This document shows, in pieces, positions 13,091 through 24,940 of a stretch of DNA of 64,000 nucleotides (position 1 is the first letter of the stretch; each line of letters opens with the position of its first letter). Under the pieces are notes generated by a model. The model searched no databases. It worked only from the letters and a program-made list of their open reading frames with translations, and was not told where the DNA came from. This DNA is from Octopus vulgaris (Eukaryota). The stretch covers positions 14,136,001 through 14,200,000 of the forward strand of contig OX597828.1 of the NCBI GenBank assembly GCA_951406725.2. The letters are read 5' to 3'. Made by a program: the position numbers and the translations under genes.

Positions 13091-13952
13091 AAATTAATGG
13101 TAAATATCTCTTTACCTTCACCCATTTAGTACACTAGGTAATGTAATTGCAATGCAATAAAAAACACTTGTGTATTAATAATTGGGTATTCTACCAGTAG
13201 TATATTGGATAGATATTATCCCTTAGTTGGTTCGATTCACAACCTCTAACTTTCTTGGAGTTATATACACACACACACACACATATATATATATCATCAT
13301 CATCATCGTTTAACGTCCGCTTTCCATGCTAGCATGGGTTGGACGGTTCAACTGGGGTCTGGCAAGCCCGAAGGCTGCACCAGGCCAGTCAGATCTGGCA
13401 GTGTTTCTACAGCTGGATGCCCTTCCTAACGCCAACCACTCCGAGAGTATAGTGGGTGATTTTATGTGCCACCGACACAGGTGCCAGACAAGGCTGGCAG
13501 ACGGCCACACTCGGATGGTGTGTTTTTTTTATGTGCCACCGACACAGGTGCCAGACGAGGCTGGCAGACGGCCACGCTCGGATGGTGTTTTCTTATGTGT
13601 CACCGACACAGGTGCCAGACGAGGCTGGCGAATGGCCACGTTCGGATGGTATTTGTAACGTGCCCTCAGCACGGAGGCCAGTCGTTGCGGTACTGGCTAC
13701 GGTCACGTTCGAATGGTTTTCTTATGTGCCACCGGCACTGGTACCACAAGGATACAAATTCCATTGATGTTCATCTATTTTGATTTGGTTCGATTTGATT
13801 TGATTTATGTATATATATGTGTATGTATATATATCACTATCGACATGCTCCTATATACACACAATGAATTACACACACAAACTGCTGAGTAACAACCCTA
13901 TATATTGGAAAAAGATTAAAGATCAATCTGATTACTATTTCTATTGTTTCAG

Positions 13953-14015
13953 CTATGTTGATGAATGTCTGAAGCTTGGCCAATTGTTGGGAAATAGGTT
14001 CATCATCGTCCTCAG
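13953..14015 (+). CDS. PUS7: PUS7 exon H
   Basis: (S)YVDECLKLGQLLGNRFIIVL(R) is the TruD LxLGxLxGNxFxIxLR motif. Confidence 0.96.
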
Positions 14016-14759
14016 GTAACCCGCCTTTTATTCGTTACCTCTGTTGTCCCATTGCCTTTATATTAGGGTACTTTATTTTTGTGATACCACTGGGTACCTA
14101 TGTCTTATTTGTTGATGTCCTTCATTCAGTTAAGCCCTTTGCGGTGACAGCATTGTTATTATTATTATTATTATTATTCAATGTATGTTTTCCATACTGT
14201 TCACGAGTTGGATGATTTGACCAGAGCTTGCAAGCAGGAAAGCTGCACCAGGCTCATCTGATTCGGCTTGGTTTCTACAGCTGGATGCCCTCCCTAATGC
14301 CAACTACTCTACAGAGTGTACTGAGTGCTTTTAATGTGGCACTGGCACAAGCACTCTTATGCAGTGCTGGCACAAGTGCCTTTCACATGGCACCAAAGCA
14401 CCCAATACATCTGTACACACTGTATAGTGGTTGGCATTTGGAAGGACATCCAGATGTAGAAACCCTAATTCCAAAGTAGACATTCGAGCATGATGCATCC
14501 CTGTGACTCACCAGACGCCCCATCCATGCCCAACATAGAAAGCAGGCATTAGATGATGATAATGATTGTTATCTCCAACGATAAGCTTATTCTTAGTTTA
14601 CACAACTTGTCAGAAGTGGGTCACTTCCGGTTTGTATCTGGGATCGAGGTTGCTTTGTTTCCGTACAGACTGGTGGTGTCTTTTATTTCCATCTATATCT
14701 CAGAAAACCTCCTGTCATCCCTGAATGTTCTCTATTTTGGTTATTTCATGTTACTGCAA

Positions 14760-15130
14760 ATATTATTAACCATCTTACTAACAATAACTCTGAGCACCTT
14801 TTCAAACTCCACCTGTCTCACACAAATGGACATGTTTACAAAGTCAGAAAACAGCACAGCTCCCATGACTTTCGTAAACATTTTTTCACGCTAAGAGTTG
14901 CTGAAGTACGGAACAAACTGCCGGCATCAGTTGTTAGTTGTCGGAGCACTGCATCCTTCAAAACTTCCATGCTTCCTGAGATTCGCCAACACTACACCTG
15001 ATTTTCTCCCCTCCATACACATGCAAGCATGTATCTGACTCATACACTGTTCATTTCCCAGACATTTGTACATTATTGCATATTCTTTATACGCACTTTT
15101 GACAAGTTGTGGTGCACCTAGGCACTGTAT
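14760..15130 (+). mobile_element. CR1-type LINE 3' fragment
   Basis: HTNGHVYKVRKQHSSHDFRKHF.. then LRVAEVRNKLPASVVSCRSTASFK resembles the CR1 ORF2 C-terminus (TRGH..K...RK.FF..RV...WN.LP..VV...S...FK). Confidence 0.7.
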
Positions 15131-15343
15131 ACCAGTGTGATCAATTTTCTGCTGCTTCTATAATGATGAACTGATAAAGTTTTTTTCTATTGTTGCTGCT
15201 TCATGTAGAAATCTAGGTGAGCAAAGACAAACAATGGTTTAAATTTTTGGAGCCATTTATTTTCTACTCATACATTACGTCGTGCAGGCATACACTTGCT
15301 GTACACTTGCATATACATGCAGTACATCTGCATGATGTAACAT

Positions 15344-15657
15344 CACATCACGTGATCACATGACCAACCAGGCTATCAGATGTTGCTACACATTGCTGGT
15401 CACAATGCGCTTCGCATTGTTTTAGCCTTCAAATGACGCCACCCTGCTGGCTAAGCGAGCAGGCCAACAGAAGAAAGAGCGAGAGAAAGTTGCGGCGAAA
15501 GAGTACTGCAGGGATCGCGACCACCCCCTGCCGGAGCCTTGTGGAGCTTTAGGTGTTTTCACTCAATAAACACTCACAACACCTGGTCTGGGAATCGAAA
15601 CCGCGATCCTACAACCACGAGTCCGCTGCCCTAACCACTGGGCCATTGCGCCTCCAC
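15344..15657 (-). mobile_element. tRNA(Arg-like)-derived SINE (family E) with 14-bp TSD
   Basis: Head GGAGGCGCAATGGCCCAGTGGTTAGGGCAGCGGACTCG...GTTTCGATTCCC; TSD GCATGATGTAACAT at 15330-15343 and 15658-15671. Other copies at about 18490-18800, 37235-37530, 39357-39720, 62374-62680 (all +). Confidence 0.9.
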
Positions 15658-15835
15658 GCATGATGTAACATACGAGTTGAAAATAAATGGCTTCAAAAGT
15701 TTAAATCATTGTTCATCTTTGTCATCACCATGGTGACTGTGAACCCCGTTTGCCAAATTTCTACATGAAACAGCAACAGTGATGATGACGTTGCCAGAAG
15801 TCAACCCATTTTTTCCTGTTCATTATTTTCTGCAG

Positions 15836-15961
15836 GAATGTCACTGGAAGTGACCCCAATGTTGAACAAGCTTTGGAATCCCTGAAAGAAAGAGGATTTA
15901 TAAATTATTACGGAATGCAAAGGTTTGGCACTACATCCATCCCAACATACCACATTGGTCG
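15836..15961 (+). CDS. PUS7: PUS7 exon I
   Basis: [41 protein letters not shown](R); [12 protein letters not shown] is the TruD signature. Confidence 0.98.
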
Positions 15962-17119
15962 GTCAGTAACCAGTTATCTCTTTTAATCTTTTGTTTTTGT
16001 TTGTTTTGTTTGTAAACGTACTTTGTTATGGTTTAGTATTATACATTAGTTATTTATTTGTATGTAAATAACTTTATTGCTAGTTAGTACAGATGTATTA
16101 AATGTCTAATTGTCTGAGAAAAGCTGTAATTAATGAGTTAATCAGTTTGAGGGACTATTAATTTCATCTATTAGTTATGCCTCTTTGTAACTGTGAAGTA
16201 CTGCTACTTTATTTCATTCACAAAATTTTATCCCTCTTCTTCCAAATTTTGGGCCTTGTACCTAAGTAAGGAACTTGTTGATGTTGTTGTCAAGGTGGTA
16301 AGCTAGCAGAATTGTTAGCACACCAGGCAAAATACTTGGCGGCATTTTGTCTGACTTTATGCTTGTGCATTTATGTAATTAACTGTGTGTATATGAAAGT
16401 ATGTCTATAGTGATATATATATCACCTTCGTGTTGGGGGGTCATCTTTACTTTGTTATCTCCCCTACTTTCCATCTCGTGTGTGACCCTTCTGTCTGAGT
16501 CAGAGGCCATGATAGATCGTTAGCCATTACACACATTTTTTTCTCTCCTTGTTTTCTGTGTCCTTTTCTGTAGAAGAGCGTAGGCTCGAAACGTAAAAGA
16601 CTTTTTCTATTCCTGAGCGTTATACTAATACATCTGTTTGTTTTGTACACCACCTGCCTTCGTCTTTTATTTTTTTTCGTAAACTCTCCCTATATATAAA
16701 GACCCCCTCAGGTCATGAATGATCATGGGATTGCACCAAGGTTGACTTTGCCTCCCATCCTTTCAGGATAGATATAATAGGTACCAGTTGAGCACTGGGT
16801 TTAATGTACTCTCCCTATAAAATTTCAGGCCTTGTGCCTATTATAGAAAGGATTATTGTTGTTGTTGTTGTTGTCGTCGTTGTCATTATTCTTCTTATTA
16901 TTATTAAGGTAGCAGGCTGGCAGAATCATTAGCACACTGGGCAAAATGCTTAGTGGCATTTCATCCATCTTCACATTCTGAGTTCAAATTCCACCGAGGT
17001 TGACTTTGCCTTTCATCCTTTCGAGATTGATAAATTAAGTACCAGTGAAACATTGGGGTCAATATAATTGACTAATCCCCTCCCACAAAATTTCAGGCCT
17101 TGTGCCTACAGTAGAAAGG

Positions 17120-17163
<44 letters not shown>

Positions 17164-17174
17164 CATCATTATTA

Positions 17175-17220
<46 letters not shown>

Positions 17221-17901
17221 CATTCTGTGTTCAAATTCCACCAAAGTTGACTTTTGACTTTCATCCTTTTGGGATCGATAAAATAAATATCAGTCGAGTA
17301 CTGGAGTCAATGTAATCGTCTTCCCTGTCCCCCAAAATTGCTGGCCTTGTACCAACATCTGAAACCATTATCATTATTACTACTGTTGAGATGGTGAGCA
17401 GGCTGAGTCAGAAAAAATGTCCCTGCTCTATTTGTTCCAACTCTGTACATTCTGACTTCAGACCCTACCAAAGTGGCTCATATTAGTTTGGCCTCTATCT
17501 TTTATCTGTCCATCATAAAAAGCCCTACAAGGAGCTGGCACTTCATGGGCATAACTTTCAGAGTCATTGAGGGGCACAAGTCATCACACATCCATAAGGA
17601 CTGAACTTGTATAAATTTGTTTCCTTGCATCAGTGTCAAAGATCAATATTTGTGGTTCAGTTAGATGCTTACATGTCTGAAAATACTTCTATGTTAGTTG
17701 GTATCTGTGACTCAACCTTTTAGCATTTAATCAGGCCATATCCAGTCCAAATATTCTAACCCCTTTAGGTTCAAATTGGTCAGATCCAGCCTTTCACATC
17801 TATGTGAAACCAATGTCATTCTTAAAATAAACAATTACATCATCAAAATCTCAAAGCTATGAGATAATACATGATCAACTCAAAAGAATGTGAATAAATA
17901 T

Positions 17902-18085
17902 AGGCGTAGGAGTGGCTGTGTGGTAAGTAGCTTGCTTATGAACCACATGGTTCCGGGTTCAGTTCCACTGTGTGGCACCTTGGGCAACTGTCTTCTACTG
18001 TAGCCTCAGGCCAACCAAAGCCTTGTGAGTGGATTTGGTAGACGGAAACTGAAAGAAGCCTGTCATATATATGTGTGTATATATA

Positions 18086-18144
<59 letters not shown>

Positions 18145-18350
18145 TTGTGTGTGTATATGTTTGTGTGTCCATGTTTGTCTCCTCATCATCGCTTGACAAC
18201 CGATGCTGGTATGTTTACGTCCCTGTAACTTAGAGACCAATAGAATAAGTACTAGGCTTCCAAAGAATAAGTCCTGGGGTCGATTTGCTTGACTAAAGGT
18301 AGTGCTCCAGCATGACCACAGTCAAATGACTGAAACAAGTAAAAGAGTAA
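17902..18350 (+). mobile_element. tRNA-derived CORE-like SINE with internal microsatellite (family A, most abundant)
   Basis: Head GGCGTAGGAGTGGCTGTGTGGTAAG...GGTTCAGTTCC, CORE-like ACCTTGGGCAA, (TA/TG)n middle, tail ...ATGACTGAAACAAGTAAAAGAG. More than 15 copies, e.g. 913-1218(-), 2782-3123(-), 8428-8782(+), 21476-21923(-), 23606-23950(+), 24690-25110(-), 25712-26100(-), 26325-26705(+), 29408-29790(+), 43490-43840(-), 55657-56107(+), 56350-56747(-). Confidence 0.9.
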
Positions 18351-18868
18351 ATACACATTACATTTGAGAGAATAATCTGAATGCTAAAGGATTAACGATA
18401 TATTTTTTTCCTGTGAGAATCTACTATAATGTTTATTACTACCTATTAATTATGTTGCTTTAAATGTTTTGCATAATATGTCATACATGGAGGTGCAATG
18501 GCCCAGTGGTTAGGGCACCGTACTCGTGGTCAGAGGATCGCGGTTTCGATTCCCAGACTGGGCGTTGTGTGTGTTTATTGAGTGAAAACACCTAAAAGCT
18601 CCACAAGGCTCCAGCAGGGGGGTGGGGGTGGTGACCCCTGTTGTACTCTTTCGTCCCAACTTTCTCTCTCTCTTTCTTCCTGTTTCTTGAGTAACGCTGC
18701 GATGGACTGGCATTCCGTTCAGCTGGGTGGGAACACATACGCCATAGAAACCCGGGAAACCGGGCCCATGAGCCTGGCTAGGCTTGAAAAGGGTGCATAA
18801 ATAATAAAATAAAAACATAAATAAAATAATATCTCATACAGTGAAGTATTTTTCGTGGTTGTTTTCAG

Positions 18869-18930
18869 AGCTTTGTTACACAGCAACTGGAAGGAAGCTG
18901 TTGAACTCATCCTAAAACCACGAGATGGAG
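18869..18930 (+). CDS. PUS7: PUS7 exon J
   Basis: ALLHSNWKEAVELILKPRDG; TTTTCAG acceptor, G|GTATGT donor. Confidence 0.95.
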
Positions 18931-19773
18931 GTATGTTTCATTGGTTCTTATTGTTTTTGTTGCTATTTAGCCCTGGGTCAATCCTGACCCAACAGATCTA
19001 AAGAAAAATGCATTTTTATTACAACTGATATCATCATAATCATTATTATTATTATTATTACTTATTATTATCATCATTTCAAGATGGTGAGCTGACAGAA
19101 TTGTTACCACACCATGCGAAATGCTTAGCACCATTTCATCAATCCGCACATTCTGAGTTCAAATCCCGCTGAGGTCGACTTTGCCTTTCATCCTTTCAGG
19201 GTCGATAAATTAAGTACCAGTCACACACTGGGGTCGATGTTATCAACTAGACACCTCCCCCACAATTTCGGGCCTTGTGTCTATAGTAGAAAGGATTATT
19301 ACCACCATTTAATCTCCACTATTCCATGCTTGCATGGGTTTGATGGAATTTGTTAAAGCAGATGTTTTGCAACAGGGTGCCCATCCTGTCACCAACCCTC
19401 ATCTGTTTCCAAGTAAGATGATATTTTCCCACAGCTAGACCTGTTTTTCTTGGAAGACTACAAATGAACAACATTGATTATATCATGATAATGCTTGTTT
19501 ACAATAAGCTTTCGTGGGATCTTTTCGGTTTGAATGGCAGATTTTTCTAGCGGTGTCATATGAAATTGTCACCCATAATTATGACCCTAGAATCGATCTA
19601 TTGCATTTCAATCTGTTTTAGGGTTAGGGTTAGGGGTGGGGGGAAGGGTATATTTTTTTCTTCAGAAATGTAAATAAACCCAATCTGTTCCTTAAACGAG
19701 GGACATATTCATATGGCACAGAATGGTTTTTTAAGTTATGATGGTGATGATGATGTTCAATGTAACATTTTTT

Positions 19774-20190
19774 GGATCTTTTCAGTTTTAAGGGCAGTTT
19801 TTAACATAATTTCTAGGTAACTAAAAAATTTTAAACTTCGTATACTGGTGGAATGTGTTTATAAAACATCTTTTTGTCTTGGCTCTATTGAAAAAATTCT
19901 ATAGTTTGTAAGATATTTGTTGTTTTTTTTCTTCAATTTCTGCAATTTCAACCAATCACTGATGTCTATTGGGGTAAAAAACATTCTGTGCCATATGAAT
20001 ATGTCCTTCATTTAAGAAACAAATTGGGTTTATTTACATTTGTGAAAAAAAAAAGATACCCTTCCCCCCAACCCTAACCCTAACCCTAAAATAGATTGAA
20101 ATGCAATAGATCGATACTAGGGTCATAATTATGGGTGACAATTTCATATGACACTGCTAGAAAAAACTGCCGTTCAAACCGAAAAGATCC
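19774..20190. mobile_element. Merlin-like MITE, copy 1
   Basis: TIR GGATCTTTTC(A/G)GTTT...GGCAGTTTTT; 8-bp TSD CATTTTTT; internal (CCCTAA)n; partial inverted copy at 19517-19727. Confidence 0.85.
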
Positions 20191-20470
20191 CATTTTTTTT
20201 AATGCAGCATTTGAAAAATATCCAAGTCATGGGGGCTTATCTCCCTTAGGTTTCACTCTCATTTTTGTGTTTGAAGCTCAGCTTTAAAGCACATTCATTA
20301 CAACGCATTCATTGTTTAAAGCTCAGCTTTGAACATCAAACATCAAGACTAACACATTGTAACATCTCTTGACTTTCAAGCCTAAAACAACATTGCATAT
20401 GAAATTATATGAAAAGATTTTTGTGTATTTAACAATCGTATAGTTTCTTATTTCATTCAAATATTTACAG

Positions 20471-20628
20471 AAAATGATGACATAACAGAAGCAAGGAAGA
20501 TTTGGTGGGAAACACGGAATGCAAAAGAAGCGCTTTCGAAAGCACCAAGATGCCACAGACTAGAGAGACTTCTACTGGAAGGATTATCAAGTCAAGGAGG
20601 GAACAACTATGCAAATGCTTTATTATTT
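20471..20628 (+). CDS. PUS7: PUS7 exon K
   Basis: (E)NDDITEARKIWWETRNAKEALSKAPRCHRLERLLLEGLSSQGGNNYANALLF; GTAAGT donor; phases consistent. Confidence 0.93.
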
Positions 20629-22215
20629 GTAAGTAAACTTGATTATATTTTTGTTTCATTTTCTTCTACTTGTTTCAGATTGTTGCCATGCTGGAGCACA
20701 GTTTTAAAGGGTCTAGTTGAACAAATCACACCCTCTGCTCGAACTTATTTTTAAAGTCTATAGGTCCCTTTTGCTGAACTGCTAAGGTACAGGGACATAA
20801 ACAAACCAACACCATTTACAGAACAAGTATTAAGGGGTATAGATGTAGTGACTAGTGGATAAGGAGTGGAAAGTGACCAATGATGCAGGGGGGAGAAGAA
20901 CAGCAGAATGGTAGTGATGATACAGTAGACAGGAGAAGGGCGAGGGAAAAAGAGAGAGAGATGATATGTAATTGGGTATGTTGTTGCAAGAGAGTAGAGG
21001 TGGGTGGAGAAGGAGATATAATTCGGTAGCTTGGTAGAGTGATCAATGTAAAAACTGGGTGGAGAGTATTATGTATGGATGAAGAATTGATATCAAGTGA
21101 AATGGTTCCAGGCAGTGAGAAAGATGTTTTTGCAGAAGATTTCATATATCATCGTCATCATCATCATCATTTAATGTCCGTTTTCCATGCTGGCATGTGT
21201 TGGACAGTTTGACAGGAGCTGACCAACCAGAGAGCTGCCTAAGCTCCAATTGTCTGTTTTGGCATGGTTTCTATGGTTGAATTCCCCTTCTACCACCAAC
21301 CACTTTACCAAGTGTACTGGATTCTATTTATGTGACACCAGCATGCGTGCATTGACATGGCACTGGTGCACTGCTTTTTATGGGGCACTGACACTGGTGT
21401 CTTTTAACATAGCACCAGCCTGGGTTCCTTTTATGTGGTACCAGTACGTATATATATATATATATATATATATATTACTCTTTACTCTTTTACTTGTTTC
21501 AGTCATTTGACTGAGGCCATACCAAAGCATCGCCTTTAGTCGAACAAATCGACCCCAGGACTTACTCTTTGTAAGCCTAGTATGTATTCTATCGGTCTCT
21601 TTTGCCGAACTGCTAAGTTACGGAGGACATAAACACACCGGCATCGATTGTCAAGTGATGCTGGGGGTACAAACACAGACACACAAATGTATACACACAC
21701 ACACAAACACGCATGCACATGCACACACACATACACACATACATATACATACATATATACAATGGGCTTCTTTCAGTTTCTGTCTATCAAATCCACTCAC
21801 AAGGCTTTGTTTGGCCCAAGGCTATAGTAGAAGACACTTGCCCAAGGTGCCACGCTGTGGGACTGAATCCAGAACCATGTGGTTGGTAAGCAAGCTACTT
21901 ACCACACAGCCACTCCTGCGCCTATATGAATATATGTTTGTGTGTATGTGTGTTCGTATTTCATGGGCTTCTGTCAGTTTTTGTCTACCAAATCCACTTA
22001 CAATGCTTTGATTGGAGAAGGCTGTAAACGAGAACATTTGCTCAAGGTGCCACTCAGTGGGACTGAACCTGAAACCCTGCAGTTGAAAAGCAAACTTCTT
22101 AACCACATAGCTAAGCCTGCACCTATAGCTCCCTCCCCAACAAAACAATTTGAATCCTTATGCCTATCTCAGAAATCAACTAAACTCTTAATGATATCAT
22201 TTCTCTGACTCTCAG

Positions 22216-22354
22216 ATTCCTCGGAACACTCGGCTGATGTATGTCCACAGTTACCAAAGTTACGTCTGGAATACAATGGTCTCTCAAAGAATCAAACAGT
22301 TCGGTCTGGTGCCCGTCATTGGAGATTTAGTTTACGACAAGACAGATGTGACTG
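22216..22354 (+). CDS. PUS7: PUS7 exon L
   Basis: [46 protein letters not shown] contains the conserved [19 protein letters not shown] motif. Confidence 0.98.
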
Positions 22355-22691
22355 GTAAGTTTCTTTGGTGCTGTTCTTATTATTTGTTTTGATATTTTAA
22401 TTCGTTATCATCGACAACGTTAAAATTCGACCTTATTTGTACATCAGGGGCTACTTTACCGAATATGTCCTACTATAATTAAAATGGCAGGATTAACTTG
22501 AAGATTTGGCTTCTATTTCTAGCAGCTTCGTCAGCCACAAAGCAGCTCAATCATTGGCCCGATATTGTAGTAGTAGCAGCAGCAGCAGTAGTAGGTGTTG
22601 TAGAATACAATACTCTACTGTGCATTGTGTTTAATGAGAGTGATCCACTTATCTAACTGCGTTATCTATATTTTCCACGATTTGGATTATC

Positions 22692-23104
22692 GGATCTTTT
22701 CAGTTTGAACGGCAGTTTTTTAAAATAATTTCCACGTAACTAAACACTTTTAAACTTCATATACTGGTAGAATGTGTTTATAAAACATCTTTTTCTCTTG
22801 GCTTTATTGAGAAAATTCTATGGTTTGTAAGATATTTGTTGTTTTTTTTCCTTCAATTTCTGCGATTTCAACCAATCACTGACGTCTATTGAGGTAAAAA
22901 AACATTCTGTGCCGAATGAATATGTCCCTCGTTTAAGAAACAGATTGGGTTTATTTACATTTCTGAAGAAAAAAGATACCCTTCCCTCCACCCCTAACCC
23001 TAAAACAGATTGAAATATAATAGATCAATTCTAGGGTCATAATTATGGGTGACAATTTCATATGACACCGCTAGAAAAAACTGCCGTTTAAACCGAAAAG
23101 ATCT
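22692..23104. mobile_element. Merlin-like MITE, copy 2
   Basis: Same TIRs; 8-bp TSD GGATTATC at 22684-22691 and 23105-23112. Confidence 0.9.
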
Positions 23105-24357
23105 GGATTATCTGATAGTGTTAGGGTTATCTCCCTTGCTTAATTTTTAGATTTCTTTTTACACAGCTTTGGTTGGAGCTTTGAAGGAACGTGGCTTAGT
23201 GGTTAGGGTATTCGGTTCACGATCGTAACGTTGTGGGTTCGATTCCTGGCAGCACGCTGTGTTGTCCTTGAGCAAGGTACTTTATTTCACGTTGCTCCAG
23301 TTAACTCAGCTGGCAAAGATGAGTTGCCCCTGTAATTCAAAAGGACCAGCTTTGTTACATTCTATGCCTCTCTGAATCTTCCTGAGAACTACATTAAGGG
23401 TATGTCTGTCTGTACAGTGCTCAGCTACTAGCAAGTTAATTTCACAAGTAGGCTGTTCCGTTGATCAGGTCAACTGGAACCCTCGTTGTAACTAATGGAA
23501 TACCACTTACTCATACTAGGAGTTAAAAAACAACCATAGGAAACCATTGTGTGGATGTGTTACACTGATTGCATTGTTTATAGCAATGTATTAATCATAC
23601 ATTCTAGGCACACGAGTGGCTGTGTGGTAAGAAGCTTGCTTCCCAACCACATGGTTCCAGGTTCAGTCCCACTGCCTTGCACCTTGGCAAGTGTCTTCTA
23701 TTATAGTCTTGGGCCAGCCAAAGCCTTGTGAGTGGATTTGGTAGACAGAAACTAAGAGAAGCCTGTCGTATGTGTGTGTATGTGTTTGTCCCCCCAACAT
23801 CACTTGACAACCAATGCTGGTGTATTTACGTCCCCATAAGTTAGCGGTTCGGCAAAATAGGTCAATAGAATAAGTGCTCTGGTCGATTTGCTCGACTAAA
23901 GGCGGTGCTCCAGCATGGCCACAGTCAAATTACTGAAATAGGTAAAAGAGTATGTATATATATCTGTGTGTGTGTGTGTCTCTGTCCCCCCCACCCATCA
24001 TCATTTGACAACTGGTGTTGGTGTGTTTACATCCCTGTAACTTAGCAATTCAGCAAAAGAGACCAATAGATTAAGTACCAAGCTTAAAAAATAAGTACTG
24101 GGGTCGATTCATTCAACTAAAAATTCAATGCGGTGCCCCAGCATGGCCACAGTCTAATGACTGAAACAGGTAAAAGATAAAAGACTCTAATTAAGAATGT
24201 GAGTTGGCAGATTCATTTCTGTGCTGGTTCAAATGCTTAGCAAGATTTTTTTCAGCTCCTTATGTTCTAGGTTCAAATGCCACTGAGGTCAACTTTTCCT
24301 CTCACCCTTGTACCTATAACTGAAAGAATTATACATTTTAATTAATATTTATTACAG

Positions 24358-24483
24358 CTGTGAACACAGATGCTTGCAAGGAGGTGCCACACACCATCAC
24401 TGCTGACAACATCTCAAAATATACAATACATGATATTGTGATGCCTCTACCTGGTTTTAGTATCTTGTACCCTGATAATGAAG
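24358..24483 (+). CDS. PUS7: PUS7 exon M
   Basis: (A)VNTDACKEVPHTITADNISKYTIHDIVMPLPGFSILYPDNE contains the YxIHDxVMPLPG motif. Confidence 0.96.
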
Positions 24484-24896
24484 GTCAGTATTAAATATAT
24501 GGAGCTGTTTGTTTTGATTGTTATCAAACAGTATATTACCTCTGAATCTCCTAATTCAGGTTTATAGATCTGAACTCATTACCATAAGTTCTTTCTCTCT
24601 CTCTCTCCCTCACTCTCTCTCTCCCCCACTCTCTCTCTCCTCTCCCTCTCCCTCTCTCTCCCCCTCTCTCTCTATCTATCTATCTTTTTTTTTGCTTGTT
24701 TCAGTCATTTGACTGCGGCCATGCTGGAGCAGCGCCTTTAATCGAGCAACTTGACCCCAGGACTTATTCTTTGTAAGCCCAGTACTTATTCTATCGGTCT
24801 CTTTTGCCAAACCGCTAAGTGACGGGGTCATAAACACACCAGCATTGGTTGTCAAGCATTGTTAGGGAGACAAACACAAACACACACACATACACA

Positions 24897-24940
<44 letters not shown>

